In this document: positions 8,712 through 17,951 of the stretch, piece by piece
Layout: every line of letters starts with the position of its first letter
How positions within the stretch are numbered: the first letter of the stretch is position 1
Assembly (NCBI GenBank): GCA_964559585.1
Contig: CAZLHE010000001.1
Coordinates: forward strand, 1 to 45,254
DNA from: an uncultured Candidatus Saccharibacteria bacterium
GTDB lineage: Bacteria; Patescibacteriota; WWE3; UBA101185; UBA10185
DNA length: 45,254 bases
Reading direction: 5' to 3'
Position numbers and translations under genes: made by a program
Notes under the pieces: model-generated
Databases searched by the model: none
What the model was told of the DNA's origin: nothing
Seen by the model: only the letters and a program-made list of their open reading frames with translations

Positions 8712-9199
8712 TGAAAAAAAGTATAGGTAATTGGATAAAAATAGTTTTTTCTTCCGCGTCTTTCGTGTCGATGCTATTTTATATCACAAGATACGCTGTT
8801 GCTGCCCTAAGTGATCCCCCTACATTTTCTGAGCTTCAACCAATCCTAGTGAGAATTATAAATGTCTTTATTATGTGCGCGGGACTTGTTTTGGTTGTGA
8901 TGATTGCCTATGGTGTTTGGAAATCCTCTTTAGCTACTGGGGATCCAAGGGGGTTGGAGGGGGCAAAGAGTACATGGACCTACGCTTTATATGGTTTTTT
9001 TATCGTTGTTGGAGTTTTTGCTATTATTATGATTATAGAGGGTATTATTGGAATTTCTTCAGGTGCCTCCGGTGGGCTTGTCGGCAAGCTTATTGATGCC
9101 ATTAATGAGCTTTTGAATATTCAGCCCACCCCACCACCCTGCCCCGCTCCTTCTACATGTCCCCCACTCCCGTGTCCTCGTCTCCCAACATGCCCGTGA
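8711..9199 (+). CDS. VirB2/TrbC-type T4SS pilin-like protein (paralogue 4) with Cys-Pro-rich C-terminal tail
   Basis: 162 aa. Its ATG abuts the stop of the previous gene (TAATG). Module: CAGLVLVVMIAYGVWKSSLATGDPRGLEGAKSTWTYALYGFFIVVGVFAII. Tail: PTPPPCPAPSTCPPLPCPRLPTCP. Confidence 0.6.
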   Translation: MKKSIGNWIKIVFSSASFVSMLFYITRYAVAALSDPPTFSELQPILVRIINVFIMCAGLVLVVMIAYGVWKSSLATGDPRGLEGAKSTWTYALYGFFIVVGVFAIIMIIEGIIGISSGASGGLVGKLIDAINELLNIQPTPPPCPAPSTCPPLPCPRLPTCP

Positions 9200-9267
9200 T
9201 CTTTACCGATTGTTTGAGTGGCGTAGCGTGGAAAAAAGGAAAAGTTAGTTTCCAAAGTACTGTTTAC

Positions 9268-12200
9268 CTAATTTTCTTCACATTGTATACTGGATGTTTC
9301 GTATCCCTCACACTCATCCATTGATGAGGGAACTCCCGTGCCAATTACAAAACTTTCCGATGTTATTATAACTTGGTCGTAACAGGTTTTTTCACTCCCG
9401 TCTATTTTTGGGATACTTACGGTGAAAAAGTTCTGAATCCGTGTGTTTTGAAGATCCGGATCCGCACTGTCAATTTCAATGTCGTATGTTATTTCTGTAT
9501 TGCCAGTGAAGTTTGTCAGCGGGAATGGGCCGTAACTACCTATTGGAATAATAACATCTTCATTTCCTTCTCTTTTAATACCCGCCACATTGTCTGTATA
9601 CATGACTCCGGCATCGGCAGGAATATTTGAGGCCTCCCCACCCGGTTTAATGGTAACTTTATATGTCACCTTTGTAGCACTTTGTGCGACAATCTCTTTT
9701 TCTAAAGTAAAAAATGAATTCGAGTTTTTATAGCATCTGACTGTTGAGGATGCTGTTCTATCAATAGGAGATACGCTAATTCCGAAAATGGCATAAAACA
9801 GACCTACAAATAATAAAAAAGGTGTTGCGACTGTAAGACAGCCCCACAGATAACATGTCGCCATTCTTTTTATATCTTTCTCTATCATTTTCGTAAGATC
9901 ACCGAAATCTCCTTTGAGCATGCCTCTAATCACCGCCTCCCCGTAACCGAGTACTTTCTTTAAAACAAAAGCAAGCGCCTTTTCTATTACGGGCATGATG
10001 ACAGCCAACCAGCCTGTTGCGGCTGCGGCACCGGCAATAAGTTTTGATATTAATTCTGATACAAGTGCGGAAACTTTGTTTGCCACAATGTCTTTCCAGT
10101 TTTGTATGGACGAGATGAGTTTTCCGGCCTTTGAGGCTATAAACCGTTTCTGAATCTCTTCGAGTTTCATGTGTACTTTCTCGAAGCTGCCTATGAAAGA
10201 TCGGTTTAGTTTATATCCCTGAGGAAGTTGCTTATTTTTCTTGAGGAGTTGTTTGAAAAGAGCAACTTGAAAATCCGGATCTAAAGCTTTGTCCCCGAGA
10301 TTTTCTGCATTCTTATGCATCCATTCTTTGTACCCTCCCATTTTTTTGAGAAAAGAAACATATTCCCCCTTATACTCACTGTTGTTTAGAACCTGCTCCA
10401 AACTAAGACCTCCGAAAAGTTTTTTGGCAAGCTCTTCACTTGTTGCTCTGTCTCTACCGCCAGTAAGTAGTTTTTTAAGCAGGGCTGTATCCTCAGCGTC
10501 ATCTAGGTCGAATAGTTTTCGATTGTTCAACTTCCCAATGCTCAAAAAGTCAAAATGTCCCCCTCCTTTTACAGTGAGATTTTTCAGCCCCCACGATTTA
10601 GTAAAATCGTTGTCAAAATTAACCTTTACATTAAAGCCGTATTTTTTAGCAATCTTTACATACTTATTGCCGGTAGGGTCGGTTTTCCTAAGATGATCAA
10701 AAACTGTTTTCATATCTTCGGATACTTTGAGTCCAAAGTAGTTTTGACTTTCTAGAAATTTTTCTACGTAATAAGATGGTAGAGCGGTTTTTATTCTTGG
10801 TTTGATTCTGTTATTCCATAGGTAGTTTTCAAGTAATTTTCCCTTATCCCAAGATTCTAAGAATTCTTCTGTTGCGTATCCTATTTTTTCTCTTCTTAGT
10901 CTGTATGCGACAGGAGCTAGCTTGCTGGCTTCTATTCTATATTTTTCATCTTGACGCAATGTTTCGTCTTGAAAAAGGGATCCTATTTGATCGTGTACCA
11001 GCTCTCCTTTTGAATTCTTTCTTTCCTTTGTACCTAGCATATCGGCTTCCATGTTCCTTCCTAGCTTTCTTTCGAGGCTGTCCTGGAACATGTCACCCTC
11101 GGTTAACTTAATCGATCTAAGTGAGGCGGCCCGGTTGAACGCTTCTATAGCAGCTTTTCCGGTAAGTCCTTTGGAGTTAATATTGGAAATTGTACTATCA
11201 AGGTCTCTAATATAACTTTTGTAATCCCCGGTGATTTTTTTGATGTTGTTGTATTGATAGTCCGAGATCTTACCATCGCTTTTTAGTTTTTCTATCGCTG
11301 CAAGATCTCTCTCAAGTGATGATTTTGCCCCAGTAATTCCATTTTTAAGATAATTAAACGAATCGCCCTTTTTCAGATAATCAAACGAATTGCCCTTCTC
11401 GTCCTTCGTTACTCCAACTAAAATCTGTTTTTTACTCCCTTTTATGTTATCATCGATAGATTTTTGAAGGTTACCAACATTTTTTAATATGTTATTTTTA
11501 ACATCGAATAATTCAACAGCACCGGAGTATTCTTCAAACCGCCTTTTTACTATGTCGCCTCCATTTTTAATACCATCGTTGTACTTTGAAGTTATCTCAA
11601 TGTTGACCGCTGATACAGCTTCTTTTAGGAAATCGTCGTGTCTGCTGTCTCTGAACTTAATATTTTCTCTGTTTTTCTCAAACTCCCCTATTTTATCCAC
11701 AGTTTTTTTGTACAAATCTTTATATGCTGGTAACCCAATCGACTCATCACCTTCTATATCTACCCCCTTTAAGTTCAACGGGTTGTCTGTTGTTCCGGAT
11801 GTTTTGAATCCGTAGGCAACTAGTGCCGCTACTGTTGATTCGGCGGATCCAATATCAAAAGGAATCTTTTCTTCTCCAAATCCCAAAGCCAGTTTCCACG
11901 TTCTTTCTCTTGTTTTATTTTCTATATCACTAAAGTCGCTATTAAAAACATCTTTCATGTCCACCCCTATTGTTTTTCTGACCCAGTCGTTAAGAGTTTT
12001 CGTAACTATTTTCCCAGAGTCTTTTTTCTTAGGGTCTTTAATATAATCAGCAGGATTTAAGGAGATTGAAATACCTTGTGCACCCGGAAGATCTTCCATC
12101 TCATAGTCGTCCAGCTCCGTTATGTTAATCTTAGTCGGCAAAATAGCAATTTTTAGGGAGTCCTTGAAATCATTGACAATACGGTCAACAACCCATTTCG

Positions 12201-12417
12201 GGGCCCCGAGCATCGTAGTTTCTTTAACCATTCTGGCCGTTTCGTCAATGTGATCCATCAAAACATCGCCGCTATATTCAATTGGTTGGATGAAATTTTT
12301 TGAGAGAGGGCGTCTTTGAATGGGTTGCCCCGCATAATAACCAGGATACAAAGGGTTAAATGAACCTTCGTCTTTTTTCTTTGGGGAGTAGCCCGGATAC
12401 AAAGGATTGTTCGCCAT
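9268..12417 (-). CDS. giant hypothetical protein: ~790-aa cytoplasmic region, TM hairpin, ~150-aa beta-rich C-terminal ectodomain
   Basis: 1049-aa uninterrupted ORF with no signal peptide. The N-terminus carries the repeat NPLYPGY twice. Hydrophobic segments are LIAGAAAATGWLAVIMPVI and CYLWGCLTVATPFLLFVGLFYAIFGISV. The C-terminus is beta-rich (TKVTYKVTIKPGG...) and ends in a Cys/Glu-rich tail. I saw no Walker A motif. Confidence 0.65.
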   Translation of the reverse strand: MANNPLYPGYSPKKKDEGSFNPLYPGYYAGQPIQRRPLSKNFIQPIEYSGDVLMDHIDETARMVKETTMLGAPKWVVDRIVNDFKDSLKIAILPTKINITELDDYEMEDLPGAQGISISLNPADYIKDPKKKDSGKIVTKTLNDWVRKTIGVDMKDVFNSDFSDIENKTRERTWKLALGFGEEKIPFDIGSAESTVAALVAYGFKTSGTTDNPLNLKGVDIEGDESIGLPAYKDLYKKTVDKIGEFEKNRENIKFRDSRHDDFLKEAVSAVNIEITSKYNDGIKNGGDIVKRRFEEYSGAVELFDVKNNILKNVGNLQKSIDDNIKGSKKQILVGVTKDEKGNSFDYLKKGDSFNYLKNGITGAKSSLERDLAAIEKLKSDGKISDYQYNNIKKITGDYKSYIRDLDSTISNINSKGLTGKAAIEAFNRAASLRSIKLTEGDMFQDSLERKLGRNMEADMLGTKERKNSKGELVHDQIGSLFQDETLRQDEKYRIEASKLAPVAYRLRREKIGYATEEFLESWDKGKLLENYLWNNRIKPRIKTALPSYYVEKFLESQNYFGLKVSEDMKTVFDHLRKTDPTGNKYVKIAKKYGFNVKVNFDNDFTKSWGLKNLTVKGGGHFDFLSIGKLNNRKLFDLDDAEDTALLKKLLTGGRDRATSEELAKKLFGGLSLEQVLNNSEYKGEYVSFLKKMGGYKEWMHKNAENLGDKALDPDFQVALFKQLLKKNKQLPQGYKLNRSFIGSFEKVHMKLEEIQKRFIASKAGKLISSIQNWKDIVANKVSALVSELISKLIAGAAAATGWLAVIMPVIEKALAFVLKKVLGYGEAVIRGMLKGDFGDLTKMIEKDIKRMATCYLWGCLTVATPFLLFVGLFYAIFGISVSPIDRTASSTVRCYKNSNSFFTLEKEIVAQSATKVTYKVTIKPGGEASNIPADAGVMYTDNVAGIKREGNEDVIIPIGSYGPFPLTNFTGNTEITYDIEIDSADPDLQNTRIQNFFTVSIPKIDGSEKTCYDQVIITSESFVIGTGVPSSMDECEGYETSSIQCEEN

Positions 12418-12449
12418 ATATTGTTATTCTATAATTAGCTAGTATTTAG

Positions 12450-12455
12450 TACAAT
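12450..12455 (+). promoter_or_regulatory. -10-like TACAAT exactly 6 nt upstream of the ATG at 12462 (leaderless-type)
   Basis: The sequence reads tacaat tagttc ATG, inside the 44-nt divergent gap between the 1049-aa and 465-aa genes. Confidence 0.4.
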
Positions 12456-12461
12456 TAGTTC

Positions 12462-13859
12462 ATGCCAAAAATGAAAAGAATATTTTTTGTTAAGCTACTA
12501 TTCATACCCCTACTTTTTACGTCGTTAGCCTTCTTGGGAAAAGGCAGGGTACTTGCTGCTGCAGATGATGTTGGTGTTTGTAAGCCCTACGAGGCCTCAT
12601 GGAAAATTAGTATCTGGAAATCGATCGACATGCAAAGTACAACGGAGAATCTTAGTAAGTCTGTTGCAAATACTATATTTGGAGCAGTTTATGGTAAAGA
12701 CACAAATGCTGTGGTGCTGTGCGAGAATCAAATATTCGGTTCAATGACAAGTATGAGTAACGTTGCACCTACTGGCGGCGCTGGAGGATTTGGCAATGCC
12801 GAAAAATGCGGGGCTAGCGCAACGGATGATCAGAAAGCTGTGTGCGACGAGATAATGAATACTACCAAAACAGCCTATATGTATAAAGGTAAACCAGCTG
12901 ATCTTTTGGCCGTTGACTCAAGCCTAATCGGAATTTCTAATAGGATTCAAAACACAGTACTTAGGGATCCAATTGCTGTAAACCTAGCTTATTACTGGAG
13001 AAGTCAGGTGGCAAAAATACCTTTTGTTGGGAAAACTTATGCGGCTGTAACCTTAGGTAAGAATGATATGGCAATTATCAATGCCGCGCTAAATGTTTGG
13101 AAGGCTTGCAGAGATATTTCCTTGGGGTTTATGGCTGTAATACTTATGTACACAGGACTTATGATAGTTATGAGAAAGAAAATCAACCCACAACTTGTAG
13201 TTACCGTTCAGTACGCAATACCAAAAATTATTATCGGTTTAATTCTTATTTTGTTTAGTTACCCTATCGGTGCTGCGATAACCGGTTTGAGCTGGGGACT
13301 ATTCAGAAGCTCAACTGAGATTGTTGTAGACGCTTTATATCCTCTTGCATCCTCCTCTGCTTTTGCGAATCAGGTAATGTTGGCACTTGTTATTGGGGCT
13401 TTGAAAATGGGTTTCTTTGCCGGCATAGGATTTTTATTAGTTATTCTTGTTGCGGTGGCTGCCATAATAATACTCATAATTGTTTACATCAAAGCACTTA
13501 TTATCTACATAAAGATGGTATTTTCAACCATTATTTCGCCTTTTGAATTTGCTTTGGGTACCGTACCGGGAAGTGAAGATCGAATTAAAGATTGGTTTTT
13601 GAGAATGGCGAAATACGGCCTTACAATTTTTGCAATGGGTTTGATTATTCCTGCAACACTGTCCGTAGCTTTTGAAGTTTTGATGTACTACAGTTTTTCC
13701 TGTGTAGGAAGTGTTTGTAATGTCGAAACAGCGGGTTTAGGCACTTTCATGATGGTAGCGGCTCCTTTAGTGATTGTAATTCTTGGATTTTCCCTGGCAA
13801 TGAAAATGGAAGATAGTGTTGACAAAATGATATTCGGCGGCAAGGGCAAAAAGAAATAA
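12462..13859 (+). CDS. polytopic membrane protein with VirB6/TrbL-like topology
   Basis: 465 aa. Signal peptide ...FTSLAFLGKGRVLAAADD, a ~190-aa exported domain, then 5-7 TM helices (e.g. ISLGFMAVILMYTGLMIVM, IIIGLILILFSYPIGAAITGL, FLLVILVAVAAIIILIIVYI). The assignment rests on topology and context only. Confidence 0.4.
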   Translation: MPKMKRIFFVKLLFIPLLFTSLAFLGKGRVLAAADDVGVCKPYEASWKISIWKSIDMQSTTENLSKSVANTIFGAVYGKDTNAVVLCENQIFGSMTSMSNVAPTGGAGGFGNAEKCGASATDDQKAVCDEIMNTTKTAYMYKGKPADLLAVDSSLIGISNRIQNTVLRDPIAVNLAYYWRSQVAKIPFVGKTYAAVTLGKNDMAIINAALNVWKACRDISLGFMAVILMYTGLMIVMRKKINPQLVVTVQYAIPKIIIGLILILFSYPIGAAITGLSWGLFRSSTEIVVDALYPLASSSAFANQVMLALVIGALKMGFFAGIGFLLVILVAVAAIIILIIVYIKALIIYIKMVFSTIISPFEFALGTVPGSEDRIKDWFLRMAKYGLTIFAMGLIIPATLSVAFEVLMYYSFSCVGSVCNVETAGLGTFMMVAAPLVIVILGFSLAMKMEDSVDKMIFGGKGKKK

Positions 13860-13863
13860 TTCA

Positions 13864-16800
13864 TCAGTTCCTACAAGCATCAAATATAAATTTGGTGTTT
13901 CTTTCGTCATTGTCAGCTGAGAACAGTGTGTTATCATCAGGTTTTCCCTGTAGGTAAAATCCCCAAGCGAATTTCAATAAAGCCTGTCGTGCATCTTCCC
14001 ATGTCCAGTCTTCACAATTAGAAGGACCTGCGACGCTTTTTAACATAGCCGCAGCCACAAAAGTGCTGTCTAAGAAATTACATCTGGCGGCAGTTTTGTG
14101 CCTTCCCACAGCCAGCTCGTCCAAAGTATCTTTAGTTACTTTCACCCCACCGTTGAACCATTGTAGTATTAGGTCGTATGGTCCCACCGCGGCTGAATTC
14201 ATTTCATCACACCCAGGAAAAGACCCATACCAAGGATAGCTTGCATCTTCTAAGTCTTTTTCTCCCTCTGTTGTGAAGTAGTAACCATATTTAGTTTGCT
14301 TACCAACCCCAGAAATGAGACTCATCAAAACAGATGCGGGTATGTTAATTCTTGACGCAGCGGCATTCAAAATGTTTACAAATGCAGGGGAGAATTTAAC
14401 ATCTTCTGGTATCGGTGTACTAGGACCAAACACTAACGAAAAAACATCATGTATACAGGCATCTGAAGGATTAAACCTACATGCTGGTTTGACAGGGAAT
14501 CTTGTGAAGTATTCTTCTAAATCCACTACCTCAGGTATCGGTGGGTCATTTACCATGCACGCCCAATTACCCGTTTGGAACGATCCCATTTCCTCTGCAC
14601 TTTGAAGATTGGAAACAAATGCTCCGGTGTTGGTGTTATCTTCTATACTGCAGTGAAGATTTACTTTATTGTATACAGGATCTTCTGTCAGCAGAGGGGC
14701 GGAGAACATGCCTCTGGTAATTGCTCCATTTTGAGTGTCTCCACCAATACCTAGTGTGCCTTTCCTTTTTGCAATGTTATTGCTACCTACGGTCCTAATT
14801 GAAGAGTCCCCGCTTTCAAAGGCAGCGGGTCCATATGTAAACCTTGCTTCAAAAGGTGATTGGAAACTTTTTCTCAATTCATTATTTGCGATTGCTAAGG
14901 AATCCGCATTTTGCGGAGGTACTATACTTCCGTTTGGATTGTCGGGCAATGGACCTGTTTTTGTAACAAGCTCCGAGTCTTTTTCTAGTGTGCCTCCACA
15001 CGTATACGGTCCTGCCATTGACACTTTACAAGCTGGTTCATCCGGGAAGGTACGTGAAATGACATTACTATCATATTCTCCTTTGGCTGGGGGATCGGGG
15101 TAGTCATCATCGTCGCAATCAATATCAAATGTGTGTCCATATGCGGCTTTAAGGCAGCTCGTATCCGGAGTGTCTCCATCCAAACAGGTTATTTGTTTTT
15201 GAGCGCAAACAAGCCTATTATCTACTGAACATTCTATATTATCTATATTATCGGTATTACAATCATCCTGCCAATAATTTGTATTGCCATCCTCGTCGGT
15301 GTACGCGTGACACGTACAGTGTACTTCTATTACTTTACAATCGTCAACTCGGCAGGTTCTGGAAATTCCATCGGTAGACTCGGTCTTATCGGTATTACAT
15401 GTTTCCTTTTCTATATCTATGGGGTATGTTGCAACTGGCATTATATTCCACTCATAGCAAGCGACGTTTCCCCCTTTTCCTCCCCATGCTTTTACATCGA
15501 GATTACTCGGTGTTGGTAAAGGAAATTCGGTTGTGAAATTTTCTTCTGAAAGCGTAAATTCCGTTTCTAAATCGTTTCTTGTTTCAACATTATCGCCCGT
15601 TAACGGTAGCGTCGTTTGGGCGTTTTTTCTATCAAAGAACGATTTACTCTCAGAAGAACCAATACTTCCCACGATATTGTCCCACCAAGTTTGCCCGAAA
15701 GTAGGTATGTTAGCAGGGTTTTCTAAATCAGTTTTTCCTTTACCATATAGTATTGAGAGAAAAGAGTCATACGTATCCTGTGAAGTTCCTCCCTGTGTTT
15801 CTAACAATTTTATTCTCTTTATGGCTGGATCAGTGAGGTAAATTGCAGAGGTTGCGGTTCTGGTCCCATTACGTAAGCTATCATCGCCACCTTGATCCAC
15901 TAAGGGGTGGTGGTCCAGGTTACCCTTGAATAGTATGTTGCTTATTATTTTCTGGTCGTTTTCGGGTTCAATCGTAATTTGTTCGGGAAAGTTATTTACT
16001 TTTGAAAACTCCCCTATCTTCATCGTTTTTGAGCCCAGGGTAGGGACAATAATACCGGATAAAATTTTAAGCTCATAAAGCCCATCTTTTGTGGGGGGAG
16101 ATAAAAGGCTAGTAAGTGCATTCGAGGAATCTTTGGTTACCTTGTTGCTTGATATAGCTGCAGCCCCCCCCATTGTGTTATTCGGTCTCTTTCCTCCGCT
16201 AGTATACATCGCAAAAGTACCTCCTCTTACCGGTTGGCTTGCGGCTTCTTCTCCAGCTGTGAATGGTTTTTCATTTACTCCGCTGCCTGCCGCAAAAGAA
16301 TCGTTATTACTTTGAAATGTAAAACCATATTTGGCGGCCACATTGTTTTTTCCAAAGTAATATACTAGTTCAGGACTCCAATAAGAAGAATCCAATACGT
16401 AGCCACTCATATTGGTCTCCCAAGGAGGTTGAATTTGACCTACCCTTATTGCTTCTTCAGCGTCGTTCTCCGGATTAATTTTGCAGACCCGCGCACCCTC
16501 TATGCCCATAGGTATATTTGTAAGGTATTCGTCGCGAAATGTATTTGGGCTTGCCAAAAGTTTGGCTGGTCCACTGGTAGTCTGTACGTTTAGATAGCTG
16601 TTTTGTCTGCTGATTACTTCATTGCATTTTTGAAGCTTTGAACACGCAATATACTTATCTTTAGCGATTTCATTGTCTTTTCTTAGAAATACACTTCCAA
16701 TGCAGTTTGAGAATTGTAGACTTAAAAACTTTGCTGGATCAGTTGGGTCTTGAATAAACTCCTCAATATCTTGTCTGGCAGGAAATTCTTTATAAAACCT

Positions 16801-17907
16801 AATGCTGGGTTGTGGTGGGATATTCGGCAATTTGTTTTGAATCACAAAGTCCGAATTTGTATATAAATTACTGGTGTAATCCGCGATTCGACCACTCCTT
16901 GTTGGGTCAGTGGCCTCGTCCACGTTCTGGGCTCCAGGTGTCATACAAAATTCCTTATCGTCGGGGTATTTTGTAACGCAATCTCTCGACCAAAAGGCCC
17001 CCTCCAAAAACTTATTTAGACCCAATATACTTAAATAAACTCCTCCTCCTGCATTCCCATATATAAACCTCGGGTCAGCATTTTCTAACTTCAGATCAAC
17101 ATTCATTGATACAAGCGTTGAGTAATTACTTATCGGAAAAAGGCCGTTTTTTGCTTGTATAGACTGTTCTGGTTTAAAGCTGAATTGTGCGGTCAGGTGG
17201 TTTATATACGTGTCCTTGTTTATGATGGGGTCACACCATACTACATAGTTGTCGAGATCACCTTCTGCAAGCATCTTTTCACAGTCTTTTTCCATATCAT
17301 CGGTTCCCATCTGGTTTGCCAGCAGTTGATTTGAGGTTGATTCTTCGTTGGGTAATACGGACATCACATTTTTAGGAGCAACATAAGCCTGTATGGGTCT
17401 GCAGTCTACTTCCTGAATTACATATGTAAGGTCAAGATAGGATGGTATCTCCTGCATGCCTGCAAGGGTTTTTCCGCAAGAAAAAACAAGGTATCGTTTT
17501 TTAGACATAAGATTTCTTTGTGTTGCTGTGCCGCTTGCTGGTGGTTCTTCGTAGTTGTCCAGTTTCCTTGCCCACAAGTAAAACATCCCGTCCTTGTTTG
17601 TTGAAGTCGAGGAAAAAGGACGTATTAAATCACCATTTAGTTTGCACGAGGGTGACTGATTATTACATTCATAAACGTAAACCGATACCCCCGGGACTCC
17701 TTTTGGCGCTTCGTAAGTTGTTATTCCATTTTTAGTAATGGAGGTTGGCCTAGCGGATTTTACAACTCCACAAATAGAAGTTAGAGATTTATCCGGAGAC
17801 TTGGGGCATTTTGTACCGGGGATGTACTCAGCGTGGGTTTCTTTTATAAAACCCGATAGAACTAAACATATTGAGTACACAAAAAGTACCTTAAAAAAGC
17901 GTTTCAT
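13864..17907 (-). CDS. giant secreted surface protein (1347 aa) with prealbumin-like N-terminal domain and Cys/Asp-rich central module
   Basis: Signal peptide MKRFFKVLFVYSICLVLSGFIKETHA. A CarboxypepD_reg-like stretch reads GVPGVSVYVYE...STNKDGMFYLWARK. The central segment CRVDDCKVIEVHCTCHAYTDEDGNTNYWQDDCNTDNIDNIECS...DIDCDDDDYPDPP is Cys/Asp-rich. The C-terminal ~250 aa have an SLT-like motif order, but no catalytic Glu could be located. Confidence 0.65.
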   Translation of the reverse strand: MKRFFKVLFVYSICLVLSGFIKETHAEYIPGTKCPKSPDKSLTSICGVVKSARPTSITKNGITTYEAPKGVPGVSVYVYECNNQSPSCKLNGDLIRPFSSTSTNKDGMFYLWARKLDNYEEPPASGTATQRNLMSKKRYLVFSCGKTLAGMQEIPSYLDLTYVIQEVDCRPIQAYVAPKNVMSVLPNEESTSNQLLANQMGTDDMEKDCEKMLAEGDLDNYVVWCDPIINKDTYINHLTAQFSFKPEQSIQAKNGLFPISNYSTLVSMNVDLKLENADPRFIYGNAGGGVYLSILGLNKFLEGAFWSRDCVTKYPDDKEFCMTPGAQNVDEATDPTRSGRIADYTSNLYTNSDFVIQNKLPNIPPQPSIRFYKEFPARQDIEEFIQDPTDPAKFLSLQFSNCIGSVFLRKDNEIAKDKYIACSKLQKCNEVISRQNSYLNVQTTSGPAKLLASPNTFRDEYLTNIPMGIEGARVCKINPENDAEEAIRVGQIQPPWETNMSGYVLDSSYWSPELVYYFGKNNVAAKYGFTFQSNNDSFAAGSGVNEKPFTAGEEAASQPVRGGTFAMYTSGGKRPNNTMGGAAAISSNKVTKDSSNALTSLLSPPTKDGLYELKILSGIIVPTLGSKTMKIGEFSKVNNFPEQITIEPENDQKIISNILFKGNLDHHPLVDQGGDDSLRNGTRTATSAIYLTDPAIKRIKLLETQGGTSQDTYDSFLSILYGKGKTDLENPANIPTFGQTWWDNIVGSIGSSESKSFFDRKNAQTTLPLTGDNVETRNDLETEFTLSEENFTTEFPLPTPSNLDVKAWGGKGGNVACYEWNIMPVATYPIDIEKETCNTDKTESTDGISRTCRVDDCKVIEVHCTCHAYTDEDGNTNYWQDDCNTDNIDNIECSVDNRLVCAQKQITCLDGDTPDTSCLKAAYGHTFDIDCDDDDYPDPPAKGEYDSNVISRTFPDEPACKVSMAGPYTCGGTLEKDSELVTKTGPLPDNPNGSIVPPQNADSLAIANNELRKSFQSPFEARFTYGPAAFESGDSSIRTVGSNNIAKRKGTLGIGGDTQNGAITRGMFSAPLLTEDPVYNKVNLHCSIEDNTNTGAFVSNLQSAEEMGSFQTGNWACMVNDPPIPEVVDLEEYFTRFPVKPACRFNPSDACIHDVFSLVFGPSTPIPEDVKFSPAFVNILNAAASRINIPASVLMSLISGVGKQTKYGYYFTTEGEKDLEDASYPWYGSFPGCDEMNSAAVGPYDLILQWFNGGVKVTKDTLDELAVGRHKTAARCNFLDSTFVAAAMLKSVAGPSNCEDWTWEDARQALLKFAWGFYLQGKPDDNTLFSADNDERNTKFIFDACRN

Positions 17908-17951
17908 AATCTTTAACCATTATAGCAAAGACCTGCTAAAATAAAGCACAT

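Noticed and set aside
13864-14700. Annotating the C-terminus of the 1347-aa protein as a VirB1-like lytic transglycosylase
   Set aside because: The motif order is suggestive, but the expected catalytic Glu-Ser position reads Gly-Val. It is kept as a hypothesis in the findings, not as a feature call.
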